The notes under the pieces: generated by a model
The model's input: only the letters and a program-made list of their open reading frames with translations
Database searches by the model: none
Told to the model about the DNA's origin: nothing
Translations under genes and position numbers: made by a program
Source: Octopus sinensis
Taxonomy: Eukaryota
NCBI RefSeq assembly: GCF_006345805.1
Contig: NC_043019.1
Location: forward strand, 1,054,001-1,118,000
Direction: 5' to 3'
Length of the DNA stretch: 64,000 bases
Part shown: positions 63,531 through 64,000 of the stretch, one piece after another
Numbering within the stretch: the first letter of the stretch is position 1
Layout: each line of letters begins with the position of its first letter

Positions 63531-64000
63531 TACACACAAACACGCACATACTCAAACGCACTCACACACACACGCAGGTACACCTACATACACACACACA
63601 TTCACACACACACACACATATATATATGCATATATACATGTATAATTAAGGATGTAGATATAGATGCATACACAAACTCACATATATATAAGTACATACC
63701 TATACAGGCACAGACACACACGCGCACATGTGTGTATGTACTTATGTGTGTATACATATTAACACACTATTCTCTGTCCTAACAGAACCTCCATGTGAAG
63801 CTGGAGATCAAGATTGCCGTTTGGACTTAATATATTTCTATTGGATTTAATAATGTTTCTGTTGCTATTGATTAATTTTCATGAAGGCCCTGCCTCTCTA
63901 TCCTACGTGTTTCTATCCGTCGTGCTTAGTACAACAGCCAATGCACAAAAGAACAGTAGGAGATACATGGGACGTTACATGATATGTGACAAAATATTTC

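Noticed and set aside
1764-63782. Most ORFs in the supplied track (poly-YI, poly-CV, LSIY, poly-I/L/Y, MYVC repeats)
   Set aside because: They are translations of (TA)n, (CA)n, (GATA)n, (ATT)n and (TATG)n microsatellites

Overview
Repeat-saturated, AT-rich eukaryotic non-coding DNA. The SINE families, (TA)n/(GATA)n density and LINE remnants best fit an Octopus-type (coleoid cephalopod) gene desert or very large intron; this is recognised from memory, not from a database search. I cannot support any host protein-coding gene: nearly all listed ORFs are microsatellite or SINE translations. The real protein remnants are all mobile elements: a 5'-truncated Penelope-like element (RT C-terminus + GIY-YIG, one frameshift, 31190-32190 minus), a decayed mariner (37120-38256 minus), Dong/R4-like LINE 3' ends and weaker RTE/ORF1 fragments. 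At least five tRNA-headed SINE families (labelled A-E here) occur in dozens of copies, often nested, chimeric or in head-less tandem arrays. The most striking unexplained structure is a dense set of minimal type I hammerhead-ribozyme (HHR) motifs carried by about seven sequence-unrelated small elements. These mostly sit in (TA)n tracts as long palindromes (33241-33638, 34562-34884, 49983-50660) or as a retrozyme-like direct tandem with two intact HHRs 472 nt apart (55973-56760). Several have non-canonical cores (U3-A8 covariation, CCGAUGA, CUGUNGA). Ribozyme activity and expression are untested inferences.
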